Shown here piece after piece: positions 31,437-41,064 of a stretch of 64,000 nucleotides of DNA (the first letter of the stretch is position 1; each line of letters starts with the position of its first letter). The translations under genes were made by a program, and so were the position numbers. This DNA is from a virus. Lineage: Duplodnaviria > Caudoviricetes. The DNA lies in the IMG/VR virus record IMGVR_UViG_2595698964_000001, positions 1-64,000 of that record; one strand, written 5' to 3'. Below the pieces are notes generated by a model. The model did no database searches and was not told where the DNA came from. It was given only the letters and a program-made list of their open reading frames with translations.

Positions 31437-33227
31437 ATGAGACTAAGGTTAGACGTTGACGCATTCGGGATTGACAACACAGGAGGAGAGTCTACTGAAA
31501 CGACGCTTGGGATCAATAGAGCGTTCAAGTATGCAGTTGATGAGGGGTTTACAGAACTGTTTATACCAAAAGGAACTTATCTAATAAATGGGGTCAACTC
31601 TGCGGCTGTGAGACCTGAAGACGGCGGAGGTATACGAGCAGTTTCAAACTTAAAAGTTATCACACACCCAGAATCAGAATTCAATGTTGAAGCGAATGGT
31701 TCTACAGGGTACTCATTACTCTATGTTGGTCCAGATGTTAAAAACTTCGAGTTTGAGGGTGGGAAGTTCAACGGAGAGCGTTATCAGCACGATTACAGTA
31801 GTAAACCTGCGAAAAGGGAAACCCACGAGTGGGGCTTTGGTGTTCACATGAAAGGAGCTAAGGACGTTACAATCAGCAAGGTAAAGATTAAAGACTTCAC
31901 GGGCGACGGGATTATCATAAGCGCGTATGGAATGTTAAACGTAGACTATGGACCACCTTATCAACCTTCGGAAAGAATTACTGTCGAGAAATGCGTTGTA
32001 GATGGATGTAGACGTAATAATATTGCTATCACCGCAGGTGAGGACGTTACTATTGACCGTGTTCATATTTTAAACGCGGGAATTAACGCGGATATTGACC
32101 CTGCAGCAGGTATTGACATCGAAGGTTACGGAGAAGGTGATATTGACTTTGAAGAGCCTAGAAACGTTAAGATACACGGATGTACGTTTAGAGGGAACCG
32201 CAAAGACGCTCTATGTAATTTTAGTGGTTACAACGTAATTGTTACAGGTAACTTCAGCGATGGTCCAATTTCATATGGTAATGGTACAGATATGGTGATC
32301 GGAGATAACACGTTTACAAGAACAGACAACACAAGAACAGCAATCGCTGGACAGAAAGTTTCTAACGGGATGACTGGAAACAACGTTACGATTATTGGTA
32401 ACACAATTAAAGGGTTTAGTTCCGGAATTGATGCGAGGGGCGCGGATGTGAATATAACAGGAAACACCATTTCTGAGCTTGGTCCAAACGGTTCAGGGAT
32501 AAACGTATATCAAGCCTTAAACGTAAACATCAGCAACAACAATATTCAGCATAGTAAAGGACGCCACTATAAGATTCAGGAATCGACTGATGTTAAAATA
32601 GACGGCGGAAGTTCACTTCACTCTGACGTAACGGGTGTAGATGTCGTATGGTCGAAGCTCGTTAAAATAAAAGCGTTGGATATTAAAAACTCAAAACAAG
32701 GCGTAAACATAAAAGAGTCTTCCGTAAACGTTATTGACTGCGAGATTGACCTTTCTGAATATGGAACGGGAGTATCATACGGCGTTGCTTTTGATAAGAA
32801 CAGTGATGTCTCGATTGATGGTACAAGAATCCTAAACTCACGTAATCTCGCGATATACGGCGGAACACAAGCTGGAAAGAAAGTTAGAATCGCGAATAAC
32901 AAGATTCTTGACTGTCTTGGAGGAGGAGCTATTAGTATTGTAGACTCTAGTCCTGAAGAGGTCACGGAGAGAGCTAAACCAATATTGTTTAATAATGAAG
33001 TGTCGTATAACCGCGCTACTGGAGGAGGTTACGCAATAACTTTGAAAGGGACAAAGAAAGCTGACTTGATTGAAAACACCGTGTATTCAACTAACGGCAA
33101 AAAGATGTCCGCAGCGATCAAGACAGACGAAGCTTCTGAAAGTAGAATACTAAACAATACGGTAACTGATGGTAAGATCGCACCAAGCGGGACGGACGTA
33201 TTGAACGAGAACATTGAGATTCTATAA
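31437..33227 (+). CDS. Right-handed parallel beta-helix (pectin-lyase-like) protein, putative polysaccharide depolymerase
   Basis: VDAFGIDNTG...GINRA...LFIPKGTYLI N-terminus, followed by repeated V.I.GN.I beta-helix coils. Start placed after GGAGGAG. Confidence 0.8.
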   Translation: MRLRLDVDAFGIDNTGGESTETTLGINRAFKYAVDEGFTELFIPKGTYLINGVNSAAVRPEDGGGIRAVSNLKVITHPESEFNVEANGSTGYSLLYVGPDVKNFEFEGGKFNGERYQHDYSSKPAKRETHEWGFGVHMKGAKDVTISKVKIKDFTGDGIIISAYGMLNVDYGPPYQPSERITVEKCVVDGCRRNNIAITAGEDVTIDRVHILNAGINADIDPAAGIDIEGYGEGDIDFEEPRNVKIHGCTFRGNRKDALCNFSGYNVIVTGNFSDGPISYGNGTDMVIGDNTFTRTDNTRTAIAGQKVSNGMTGNNVTIIGNTIKGFSSGIDARGADVNITGNTISELGPNGSGINVYQALNVNISNNNIQHSKGRHYKIQESTDVKIDGGSSLHSDVTGVDVVWSKLVKIKALDIKNSKQGVNIKESSVNVIDCEIDLSEYGTGVSYGVAFDKNSDVSIDGTRILNSRNLAIYGGTQAGKKVRIANNKILDCLGGGAISIVDSSPEEVTERAKPILFNNEVSYNRATGGGYAITLKGTKKADLIENTVYSTNGKKMSAAIKTDEASESRILNNTVTDGKIAPSGTDVLNENIEIL

Positions 33228-33228
33228 A

Positions 33229-33256
33229 GAAAGACAGCGCCTAAGCGCTGTCTTTT
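33229..33256. terminator. Bidirectional terminator
   Basis: AAAGACAGCGC-ctaa-GCGCTGTCTTT between convergent genes. Confidence 0.8.
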
Positions 33257-33683
33257 ATTCTACCGTAATTTTTACTTTTGTCCCATCAGGGTATGGTAAT
33301 AATTGATGACCTACCCAAGAACCAGCTCCGCGGTTATCTGAAGGTGAAATGTATTTAACGCTTGCGCCTTCTCCTCCTTCTTCGCACATGGCCATAGGGA
33401 ACTCATCCCGATCAAAACCCTTCTTTGTAGGGAAACCTTTGAGAGACAACTCGCGTCTCGCATCCGCACCGTCACGATCTATTGTACAGATGTCACTATG
33501 TCCGGCTTCGATAGCCTCACGAATATGCTGCCCGGTTTCAGGATAACGGTAAGATGGAAAACTCAATGTCTTCTCATAGTCCGCTACAACCTCTGTTGGC
33601 TCACATCCGGGAGATGAGAGAGCCGAAAACCCAAAGGTTAAGACTAATACAGCTCCAAATACTCCTGCTAAAAACGTTTTCAT
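33255..33683 (-). CDS. nucB: NucA/NucB-family secreted deoxyribonuclease
   Basis: Signal peptide; [63 protein letters not shown]. Confidence 0.9.
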   Translation of the reverse strand: MKTFLAGVFGAVLVLTFGFSALSSPGCEPTEVVADYEKTLSFPSYRYPETGQHIREAIEAGHSDICTIDRDGADARRELSLKGFPTKKGFDRDEFPMAMCEEGGEGASVKYISPSDNRGAGSWVGHQLLPYPDGTKVKITVE

Positions 33684-33749
33684 TTTTAAACCTCCGTCTC
33701 TACTTTGGATACAATTTCAACTAACAATGTAGATCAAGTCCAAGTTCGC

Positions 33750-34388
33750 TTATCTAGAAACCCATAACAGACCGGGAGACATCTTGTCTTCAAATACTCC
33801 CTCCGGGAGTCTACGTTTACCTCCGCGTTTTCTACGTCTCTTCACATTCTCTTTCAAGGCTTCAATTTCCTCTGCTTTCATAGAGTTGACTTGGTTCAAA
33901 ATTCGCGTTGCTTCGTCCAAAGAAGTACAATAAGACAAGATAACCTTATGATGTTGTACACAGTAACGTCCGCCTTTGAAGTGTCTATTGAACCAAATAT
34001 ACGCTCTGTACTCTTTTCGTTTAGGAGGAAAGAACCCGTTTTTCACAAAAAAGTCTCTTATTTGGCGTGCTTCCTCCAGTGTCTTAGCTGTTCTACTTCG
34101 GGCTTTACCCTTAGAAATAAACATAACCTGATAACCCGTCTTTCCCTTATAGATATATTTTGAGCGTCTAAGGCTAGGGTCTCTACGCTCAATTAGTTTT
34201 AGTCTAGCTAACTCCTCACGAACTTTATCAAGCTTGTTTCCCGCTAATACAAGCTCCCTTATTCTTTCCGCATTTTCTTTTATTTTAAGCGTTCCTATAT
34301 GAACTCTTTTGTCAACATCAATCGTTCTTCCCGTCACGTAATAGCATCTATAGCGCGTTTTGAACGACACAGCGCAAGCTGGCTTCAT
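33750..34388 (-). CDS. Basic protein with repeated AP2-like DNA-binding modules
   Basis: Repeated beta-beta-beta-helix pattern (YIYKGKTGYQV...AKTLEEARQIRD; YIWFNRHFKGGRYCV...TSLDEATRI). Confidence 0.5.
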   Translation of the reverse strand: MKPACAVSFKTRYRCYYVTGRTIDVDKRVHIGTLKIKENAERIRELVLAGNKLDKVREELARLKLIERRDPSLRRSKYIYKGKTGYQVMFISKGKARSRTAKTLEEARQIRDFFVKNGFFPPKRKEYRAYIWFNRHFKGGRYCVQHHKVILSYCTSLDEATRILNQVNSMKAEEIEALKENVKRRRKRGGKRRLPEGVFEDKMSPGLLWVSR

Positions 34389-34390
34389 TG

Positions 34391-35899
34391 TTATGCTCCT
34401 TTCACAACAACTAATGGTTTACAAACTGCTACTACTGAAGCAAGTTTCGCTCCTACTACAGAATCAATAATTTGGTCGACATCCTTGTAAGCTTGAGGAC
34501 ACTCATCTAAGATAGTCTCGAGAGACTTCTGGTTGACTACAATCTCATCGTCTTCTCCAACTCTCAAGCTCTTAGCAAACTCGTCAACCGTAACGACCTC
34601 TCTTGTAGCTCGACGACTACGAACACGACCAGCCCCATGACAGATAGAATAAAAGTTCTTTACACCCTCGTCTTTACCAAGCATAATGTAGCTTGACGTC
34701 CCCATAGAGCCCGGAATAAGCGCCGGGTGTCCAGTTTCCTTAAACACCTTTGGGTTTAAATGGTGTCCAGCCGGAAGAGCTCTTGTAGCTCCTTTACGAT
34801 GTACGATATGCGGAGAGTTTCTATGAAACTCGACTTGAGCATAGTTATGCATAAGATCATATAAAAGCTCAGTTTCCACATGTTCACCCATAACATCCCG
34901 GAAAGCTTGGGATACACCATACGCAATCATATGACGGTTCGCAACAGCGTAGTTAAGAGACGCGCGTAGCATAGTATAATAGTCTTGTCCGACCTCACTA
35001 TTGAACGGAGCAAAGACAAGGTTTGGATCAGGAGATTCAACACCCCATCTATACATCTCCTCTTTAAACGCTTTCACAGCATCGCGTCCAGCTCTTGCGC
35101 CGAACCCTCTTGAACCGGAATGGACCATAAATACAATTTGCCCGTCGAATAAACCCCACTTTTTCGCCGTTTCTCGATTCTCGTCTTCAATAGAGGCACT
35201 TTGTACCTCGATAAAGTGATTACCTCCTCCAAGAGTCCCAAGTTGATCACGAACAGAGGTGAATACTTTAGAGTCTCTGTTAAAGAGTTTCCCTTGTCCA
35301 TGTTTGTCCAAATACGCCTTAACGTCATCTTCCAAATCAAAGCCAGAAATTTCAACATTTTCTATGTCAGATTCGTTAAAGAAGAACTCAGAAGGCACCC
35401 CTCCCAAACCTTTAGTAGCGATATGCCAGGGATCGAGACTTTCAGAGTAGTGTCCTTTGACAGTTTGTCTCGCAGAACCTTTTCGGAAGTTAGACTCATC
35501 AACGGTATTTACATATTTTTCAATTCCAGCTACAAGAGCTCGGCGTAATTCCACATCCTTTAAATCGTTCTTATGAAGATTCGTCCTATGTAGTCGCATA
35601 CCACACCCGATGTCACTTCCAACGATGGATGGTGAAATGAACCCATCTTTAGCATTCCAAACAGCAGTAGTCCCTATACAAGTACCTACTCCAACATGCG
35701 CGTCCGGCGTGTAGCTCATATGAACATTACGAGGTATTTGTAGGTTATTTCGACCCATTTCAAATATTCGAGGTTCAAGGTTTTGGTACACCTCTTCATT
35801 AGCGAACACATGTAACTTTCCACTTACGTCTCCAGCGAACTCTTCAATATAGTGATTATTTCCTTTATTATGAGTTAAACGCATGTTAACGAATTTCAT
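34391..35899 (-). CDS. rtcB: RtcB family RNA 3'-phosphate ligase
   Basis: PDAHVG, VGSDIGCG, LGTLGGGNHFIE, HSGSRG, HNYA, HRKGATRA, PGSMG, HGAGR and AYKD motifs. Confidence 0.95.
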   Translation of the reverse strand: MKFVNMRLTHNKGNNHYIEEFAGDVSGKLHVFANEEVYQNLEPRIFEMGRNNLQIPRNVHMSYTPDAHVGVGTCIGTTAVWNAKDGFISPSIVGSDIGCGMRLHRTNLHKNDLKDVELRRALVAGIEKYVNTVDESNFRKGSARQTVKGHYSESLDPWHIATKGLGGVPSEFFFNESDIENVEISGFDLEDDVKAYLDKHGQGKLFNRDSKVFTSVRDQLGTLGGGNHFIEVQSASIEDENRETAKKWGLFDGQIVFMVHSGSRGFGARAGRDAVKAFKEEMYRWGVESPDPNLVFAPFNSEVGQDYYTMLRASLNYAVANRHMIAYGVSQAFRDVMGEHVETELLYDLMHNYAQVEFHRNSPHIVHRKGATRALPAGHHLNPKVFKETGHPALIPGSMGTSSYIMLGKDEGVKNFYSICHGAGRVRSRRATREVVTVDEFAKSLRVGEDDEIVVNQKSLETILDECPQAYKDVDQIIDSVVGAKLASVVAVCKPLVVVKGA

Positions 35900-36128
35900 T
35901 TAGCGTCTTCTCCCTTCCATGGATAAGGTTACTTCTGTGTATTCCGGATCATTCATCAGTTCAAAAAGTGAATTAAAGTTAAGTGTATGTCGCCCAAAGT
36001 CGGGAGTTTTAGCGACTCCCTCTTTGAGCATAATAGTGAGCTCTGCTATCGCGGCTTCAAAAGAGTCCTGCTTATCAATACGATCTATCTCACTTGTTTT
36101 CACATAAAACAACATATTAAGTCCCTCC

Positions 36129-36611
36129 TTAATAGATCAAGCTAACAAGTTCCTTTATGGAGTTCTTATCGTAAATTAAAGTTTTAGCAACACTAGTTCC
36201 AACCCCGTCTGTTTCGGTTACTACGACAGAAGCACTATTTGTATCAGCGAGTTGCTTGGTAAAACAGAACTCCATGTTAAGGTGTTTTTCCAGCGGAATA
36301 ATAAGGTCATCGACAACTTTCTTGAATTTTGCGTCAAGCGGGTGATCAATGAACACCGAGGTCTTAGCGTTAGGGTACTCAGGGAGCTCTAACAACAATT
36401 TAAATAAAGCCGGGAAGTCTAACATAGTCGGGATATATTGAAGCCTTGTATCGTCTATATCTCCACCAATAGCTTTTAAACGTCGATCTGTTTCGCGGGT
36501 TACAGTCTCGGTAAGAATAATTACGCGGTTACCTTTCTCTTGAGCCTCTTTAACAAGTTGAAGCATTACAAGAGTCTTTCCTGATCCGGGTCTTCCAAAA
36601 ATTGATTTCAT
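36129..36611 (-). CDS. Small P-loop NTPase
   Basis: Walker A GRPGSGKT at the N-terminus; Walker-B-like SVFID. Confidence 0.7.
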   Translation of the reverse strand: MKSIFGRPGSGKTLVMLQLVKEAQEKGNRVIILTETVTRETDRRLKAIGGDIDDTRLQYIPTMLDFPALFKLLLELPEYPNAKTSVFIDHPLDAKFKKVVDDLIIPLEKHLNMEFCFTKQLADTNSASVVVTETDGVGTSVAKTLIYDKNSIKELVSLIY

Positions 36612-36662
36612 TTTTTCTCCTCCTAATCGTTAGTGATTACCTATCAAGTAAAGTGACCTTTT

Positions 36663-37089
36663 TCAATCTTCTCTCCCTAACAAACCAAGTTTCTGAAGAT
36701 ACAACCGTCTAGAAAGTTTGTCTACTTTTTTACCATCATCCTCAGAAACTCGTCGAATAGCTTGAGAAGCCTCCTCGGCAAAGTGTATTAATAGATGGTT
36801 ATCAGAAAACGCTTTGATCTGTCTAAGTAATGCTCCTAGCTCAACCAATACTTTCTCTTCATTATAATTATAACTGATATCATTGACCTCCTCAAACGCT
36901 TCTTCGCGCTAGTTGTAACACTTCGTCAATAACTCCAGACCTAAACGCTCTGTCAAGTTGATGTTCAAGTCGAATTTGCTCAATTTGAACAGGTTCTTGA
37001 TTAACTTCCTTTTCATTGATCCTTTTCTCGAGGTCTATAATTTTGTACGCGATGTCTTTAATAAGTTGCTGTTTTTTCTTCTCAGTCAA
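36663..37089 (-). other. Two small hypothetical genes heading the leftward RtcB operon
   Basis: ORFs 37089-36892 and 36848-36663 with RBSs. Confidence 0.6.
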
Positions 37090-37120
37090 TTGTTGTCACT
37101 CCTCTTGTCAGGATACTTCA

Positions 37121-37152
37121 AGCCTACTATAAAGGTCGTCAGTAGTCAAGTG
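37121..37152 (-). promoter_or_regulatory. Sigma-A-type promoter (CACTTGACTACTG variant) for the leftward operon
   Basis: TTGACT-17-TAGGCT on the minus strand. Confidence 0.55.
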
Positions 37153-37165
37153 ATTTCTTCAAACT

Positions 37166-37195
37166 GGAGAAAACTTTTCAAGCGAGACTTTTATC
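37166..37195 (+). promoter_or_regulatory. Class-II promoter motif
   Basis: GGAGAAAACTTT-N11-TTTTATC upstream of dCMP deaminase. Confidence 0.55.
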
Positions 37196-37214
37196 AATTA
37201 TGGAGGCTGATAAT

Positions 37215-37640
37215 ATGAGAACTGATTGGAATACTTATTTTATGGAGATCGCAAACGCAGTGAAAACTAGGTCAACGTGTGAACGACTTAACGTAGGTTG
37301 TGTATTAACAAAAGATAACAGAATAATAGCCACAGGGTATAACGGAAGTATATCTGGTCACCCTCATTGTGACGAAGACGGGATTGGTCACCTTATGTAT
37401 GAGAATGGTTGTAAGCGGACTATCCACGCAGAGCTAAACGCGTTGTTACAATGCGCTAAAAACGGCATAGCTACTAACGGGGCGACGGCTTATGTAACTC
37501 ACTATCCTTGCCCAGATTGTATGAAGGCTTTGAATCAAGCAGGGATTAAGAAGGTTTATTACAATGAGTACTATCCGCATAGGTATCGTAATGAATTTGA
37601 CTACGGAATCGAACTATTTTCATTAAAGGAGGGCAAATAA
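37215..37640 (+). CDS. dCMP deaminase (ComEB-like)
   Basis: RSTC.RLNVGC, TGYNG, HAELNAL and PCPDC Zn-deaminase motifs. Confidence 0.92.
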   Translation: MRTDWNTYFMEIANAVKTRSTCERLNVGCVLTKDNRIIATGYNGSISGHPHCDEDGIGHLMYENGCKRTIHAELNALLQCAKNGIATNGATAYVTHYPCPDCMKALNQAGIKKVYYNEYYPHRYRNEFDYGIELFSLKEGK

Positions 37641-37642
37641 AG

Positions 37643-38197
37643 TTGAAATCTAACAAAGTATACGTAGGACAAGGACGTGATTGTTTTACTGTCTACGTAA
37701 AAACTACAGAAGGTCTCGAGTACGTTGGTAGTGTAAAGGACAAAGAAGAGGCAATAAGAGTAAAAGAACGTCTCGCTGAGGGCACTGAATCTTACGAGTT
37801 TATTAAAAAGGAGCTTAGAAAAAGAGGGACTAAGAGGTCAACAACAGGACACAGAAATATATCTTGGAATCGTAAACAACTCTGTTATATTGTTAGTGTT
37901 AGAGGAGAGTATGTTGGGTTTACGAGAGAGCTTGACGAGGCAGTACGTATGAGGGACGCTTACCTTTCAAGCGGTGAAAAACCAGCTTGTAAGAAAAATC
38001 GTAATGGCGTATATGCGTATGAGGTAAAAAATGGATGGGTCATATGGTACAGAATGATTGTAGCCGGGACTCCAAAGAACCAATATGTTGGTCTAGTTGC
38101 GACCAAATCTGAAGCCGAACAAGTGAGAGAGGAACTTTTGAGTGGGGGAGACTACGAGACTATAAAAGAGAAGCTAAAAAATGAAAGAGGGCATTAG
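37643..38197 (+). CDS. Protein with three AP2-like DNA-binding modules (paralog of 33750-34388)
   Basis: YVGSVKDKEEAIRVKE, TTGHRNISWNRKQLCYIV...YVGFTRELDEAVRMRD and YVGLVATKSEAEQVRE. Confidence 0.55.
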   Translation: MKSNKVYVGQGRDCFTVYVKTTEGLEYVGSVKDKEEAIRVKERLAEGTESYEFIKKELRKRGTKRSTTGHRNISWNRKQLCYIVSVRGEYVGFTRELDEAVRMRDAYLSSGEKPACKKNRNGVYAYEVKNGWVIWYRMIVAGTPKNQYVGLVATKSEAEQVREELLSGGDYETIKEKLKNERGH

Positions 38198-39453
38198 CCC
38201 TCTTTCTTCGCCTCCCAAATCATCGGATATGAAGTATGCAAAATCCTTCCTTGTCCATCAAATAGAAACGTTTTTTCTTTCCAGCTGTCACAAGCGTTAG
38301 CTGTTGCCATTTTCGCGGTAATTAAATCCGTTTCGATAATCTCCTCATGCGTTTTCGATGCGATTTTATAAACCATTTTATTCGCCCTCCGCTTTCTCAA
38401 TTGATAATACTTCGATATTCAAAAACGTAGGCTGTTTTCTCCACTGTTCAAACGCCCTCATACTTTTGAACCTGCTGACAGATTTATTGCCTTTTGCATA
38501 CCAACTTTGGCGCCACGTTACACGAATCATCCTATTCACCCTCCCCTTGCACAATTTTTCTTAATTGTTCCCATGCTCCAAACTCGCTTGTATCGTAGAC
38601 GGTTATTTTAGGACTTAGCAATTCTTGGTGATATAAATTCAGGAGCATGAAGTTGAACTCCTTAATTGATGTAGGTATCTTTTTATTGTTCCACTCGATT
38701 TCGATTGTTGCCCCTGTAGGTATTTCACTATTTAATGTCCATCCTTTAATTGCTGTCGGTATTTCCATTTTATTTGCCCTCCTCTTTTTCGATAGTGCGC
38801 TTTAACGTTTCCTCTAACAACTCTGCGCCTTTGAAGTTTCCTTCTTCTTTAGCTCTCTTGATTGACATTTCCAAGGCTTTGATTGTTGTTTCGATCGTTG
38901 CCTTTTGTGGCTCCTTTTTCTCTCCGCCATTAACTTTAACGATTTGTATTGAGTTGATATGATTAAACTCTGGGTGTGTTTCCTCGATGTTTAGAATCTT
39001 TCTTGTATTTTCGTTTTGTTCTCCCCAGCTTCTCAGTGCTTTGTCGGCATCCTTTAACGTTTTGTGATAAGAAACTTGCAACTTAGTAGTCCCTAAATCA
39101 ACAAACTTTTTGTTTTCGTCTCTGCCATAGTCATTGAACTCGATTACCACCACATATTTGTAATCATTTACTTTTGAGTTTCTTGTTTTTGTTTTTCCGT
39201 TGAATGATACTGAGTAAAGTGTTTTTCCGTTCTTTTCTGTTGCTGTTACTACTGGTTTCTGTTTTTTCATTTTGATTTCCTCCTCGTAATGGTTGGTTGT
39301 ATAAGCTTAAGCTACTTCGCCAATTTGTTTTTTGTACATTGAGAGCTTCCACTCGAGCATCATCGTTTGCATTTCGTCTAAGTTACCAGTAGTAAGTTCG
39401 TTAGTTACCTCTTTGATTTTACCTTCGATAGTGTTGATTTCAACTTTTGTCAT
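38194..39453 (-). other. Leftward early operon of small hypothetical genes (39453-39307, 39270-38770, 38768-38532, 38400-38194)
   Basis: Follows a class-I header. The first gene is an untracked 48-aa ORF MTKVEINTIEGKIKEV...QIGEVA. Ends at hairpin 38183-38206. Confidence 0.7.
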
Positions 39454-39536
39454 CTAAATCGTCTCCTTTTTAACTCTGATTTAGTGTTTCTCGCTTACAA
39501 GTTAATCATACTACGTAGTGTACCACTTAGCAAGTG
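39454..39536 (-). promoter_or_regulatory. Class-I early header
   Basis: CACTTGCTAAGTG; TTGCTA-17-TATGAT; TCAGAGTTAAAAAGGAGACG. Confidence 0.85.
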
Positions 39537-39972
39537 CTTTTTGTAACATTTTTGAATTTTATTTCATAACAAGAGAAGAGCCCTGTTACACAACGGGCTC
39601 TTCCTTAATTCTTTCGTATTCGTCAAGAGTGATTATAGTCCAACCAAGTACTCTTAGTGCTATCTCAAGAGTTGTTTGGCTTGTTGAGTTCTCAAACAAC
39701 GAGGGAGAACCATTGAAGGGCTCTTTTGATATGTACATAACATCTCCAGATATCGCGTCGTAAGAATGAACCCAACCTTCTGAGTAGAGACGGCCAAAAA
39801 GCTTGAAGTCTTCAGCTCTTGTGTTAACATCTTCAAACAAACCTATTGCAATCATTGTACCCATTGAAACCACTCCTTTAATTGTTTTAACATACTTTAT
39901 TTTATAGTACGTTCTAAAGGAAAGCAAGAAAAAGTCCACTTACCAGTTATCTCTATATAATGCAATTAATTC

Positions 39973-40061
39973 TTGACTAGTCCTAAGCTAATAGGTTATA
40001 ATTCCTGTACGGAGTAGTTATGTCAAGCCCGATTTGAGGTTCTGAAAAGAACCTCATTTTT
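39973..40061 (+). ncRNA. Candidate small RNA or mini-gene unit
   Basis: TTGACT-18-TATAAT promoter, then terminator TGAGGTTCT-gaaa-AGAACCTCA-TTTTT ~30 nt after the -10. Contains only the 5-codon ORF MSSPI. Confidence 0.45.
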
Positions 40062-40166
40062 TATTGAACTTTTTCAAAATGTATTTGACGAGTACATTCG
40101 AGCTATAGTATGTTATTGCTAACAAATAAACAGTGCGTTCTTAACGCCAAAGGGGAGTTTAAAATT

Positions 40167-40589
40167 ATGAAAAAGAAAGTTATTGCGTTAACACTCGCGT
40201 CAGGAGTCGTATTAGGGTCAACAGCAACATACGCGGCGACTAACTGGTTCAGTAGTTTACTAGACAAGTCCGTGAGTGAAGTCAACTCTGTCGTTCCTGA
40301 CAAAGACTATGAAGCGATCTTCCAGAAGGAAGTTGACGCCGCGAAGGAAACAGTACAAGATGAAGTTGGCGATCTTACTGAGGAGCAAAAGCAAAACGTC
40401 AAAGCAGAAATCAAATATCACGAGGATCAAAGAATCTCTGAGATTAAAGAGAAATTTGTAGGGTCTAGTATTAAAACGGCTAGACAAACGTTAACTAAAG
40501 CTGGCGGCGAAGCTCAACAGAAAGCGGAACAAAAAATTGACGAGGCGTATAACAAGGTATTAGCAAATAACGGGTTAAGTTCTAAGTAA
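40167..40589 (+). CDS. Secreted helical protein
   Basis: MKKKVIALTLASGVVLGSTATYA signal peptide; upstream TTGACG-18-TATGTT. Confidence 0.7.
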   Translation: MKKKVIALTLASGVVLGSTATYAATNWFSSLLDKSVSEVNSVVPDKDYEAIFQKEVDAAKETVQDEVGDLTEEQKQNVKAEIKYHEDQRISEIKEKFVGSSIKTARQTLTKAGGEAQQKAEQKIDEAYNKVLANNGLSSK

Positions 40590-41064
40590 ACGAGCATACT
40601 ATGCTTAACCTCGCTTAATGCATCACCACGCTACCGCGGCTCAGTTGAGTCGCGTTTTATTTTGTACCCTTATTATGTTTATATTAAACTAGTAACGAAT
40701 TACTATCATCGGAGGTAGCTTATATGAGAGACTCAAGAAATTTGAAGATAAAGTTCTTTAGTTCAAACGGTATGTCAGTCGAGGCTTTAGAATCTCTTGA
40801 AAAAGATGTTAACGACTTCTGTTGTTCTCCAGATGTCACACCAATAAATTTGAAGTCATTCCCTATTAGCGAACAAGGCGAGACTAAGTTTGTATCTCAA
40901 ATTATATATGAAGAGCGCATGGAACCTAGGTTCCGACAAGTTACGAGTGTTTGAATGCGTAAAACGAAGAGAGTCATATGACTCTCTTTTTCTTTTATAA
41001 ACTTATTCAAAGAGAAGCTATTGGAGATTGTTGTTATAAATACATTAAAGGCGGTGTATCATAA

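Noticed and set aside
16140-39536. Header repeats as a CRISPR array or IS ends
   Set aside because: Copies are dispersed, degenerate, in both orientations and separated by whole genes. No cas, transposase or integrase gene is in the window.
40167-40589. Secreted protein as an arbitrium/Phr-type signalling pro-peptide
   Set aside because: Too long (140 aa), and no adjacent TPR/RRNPP receptor gene.
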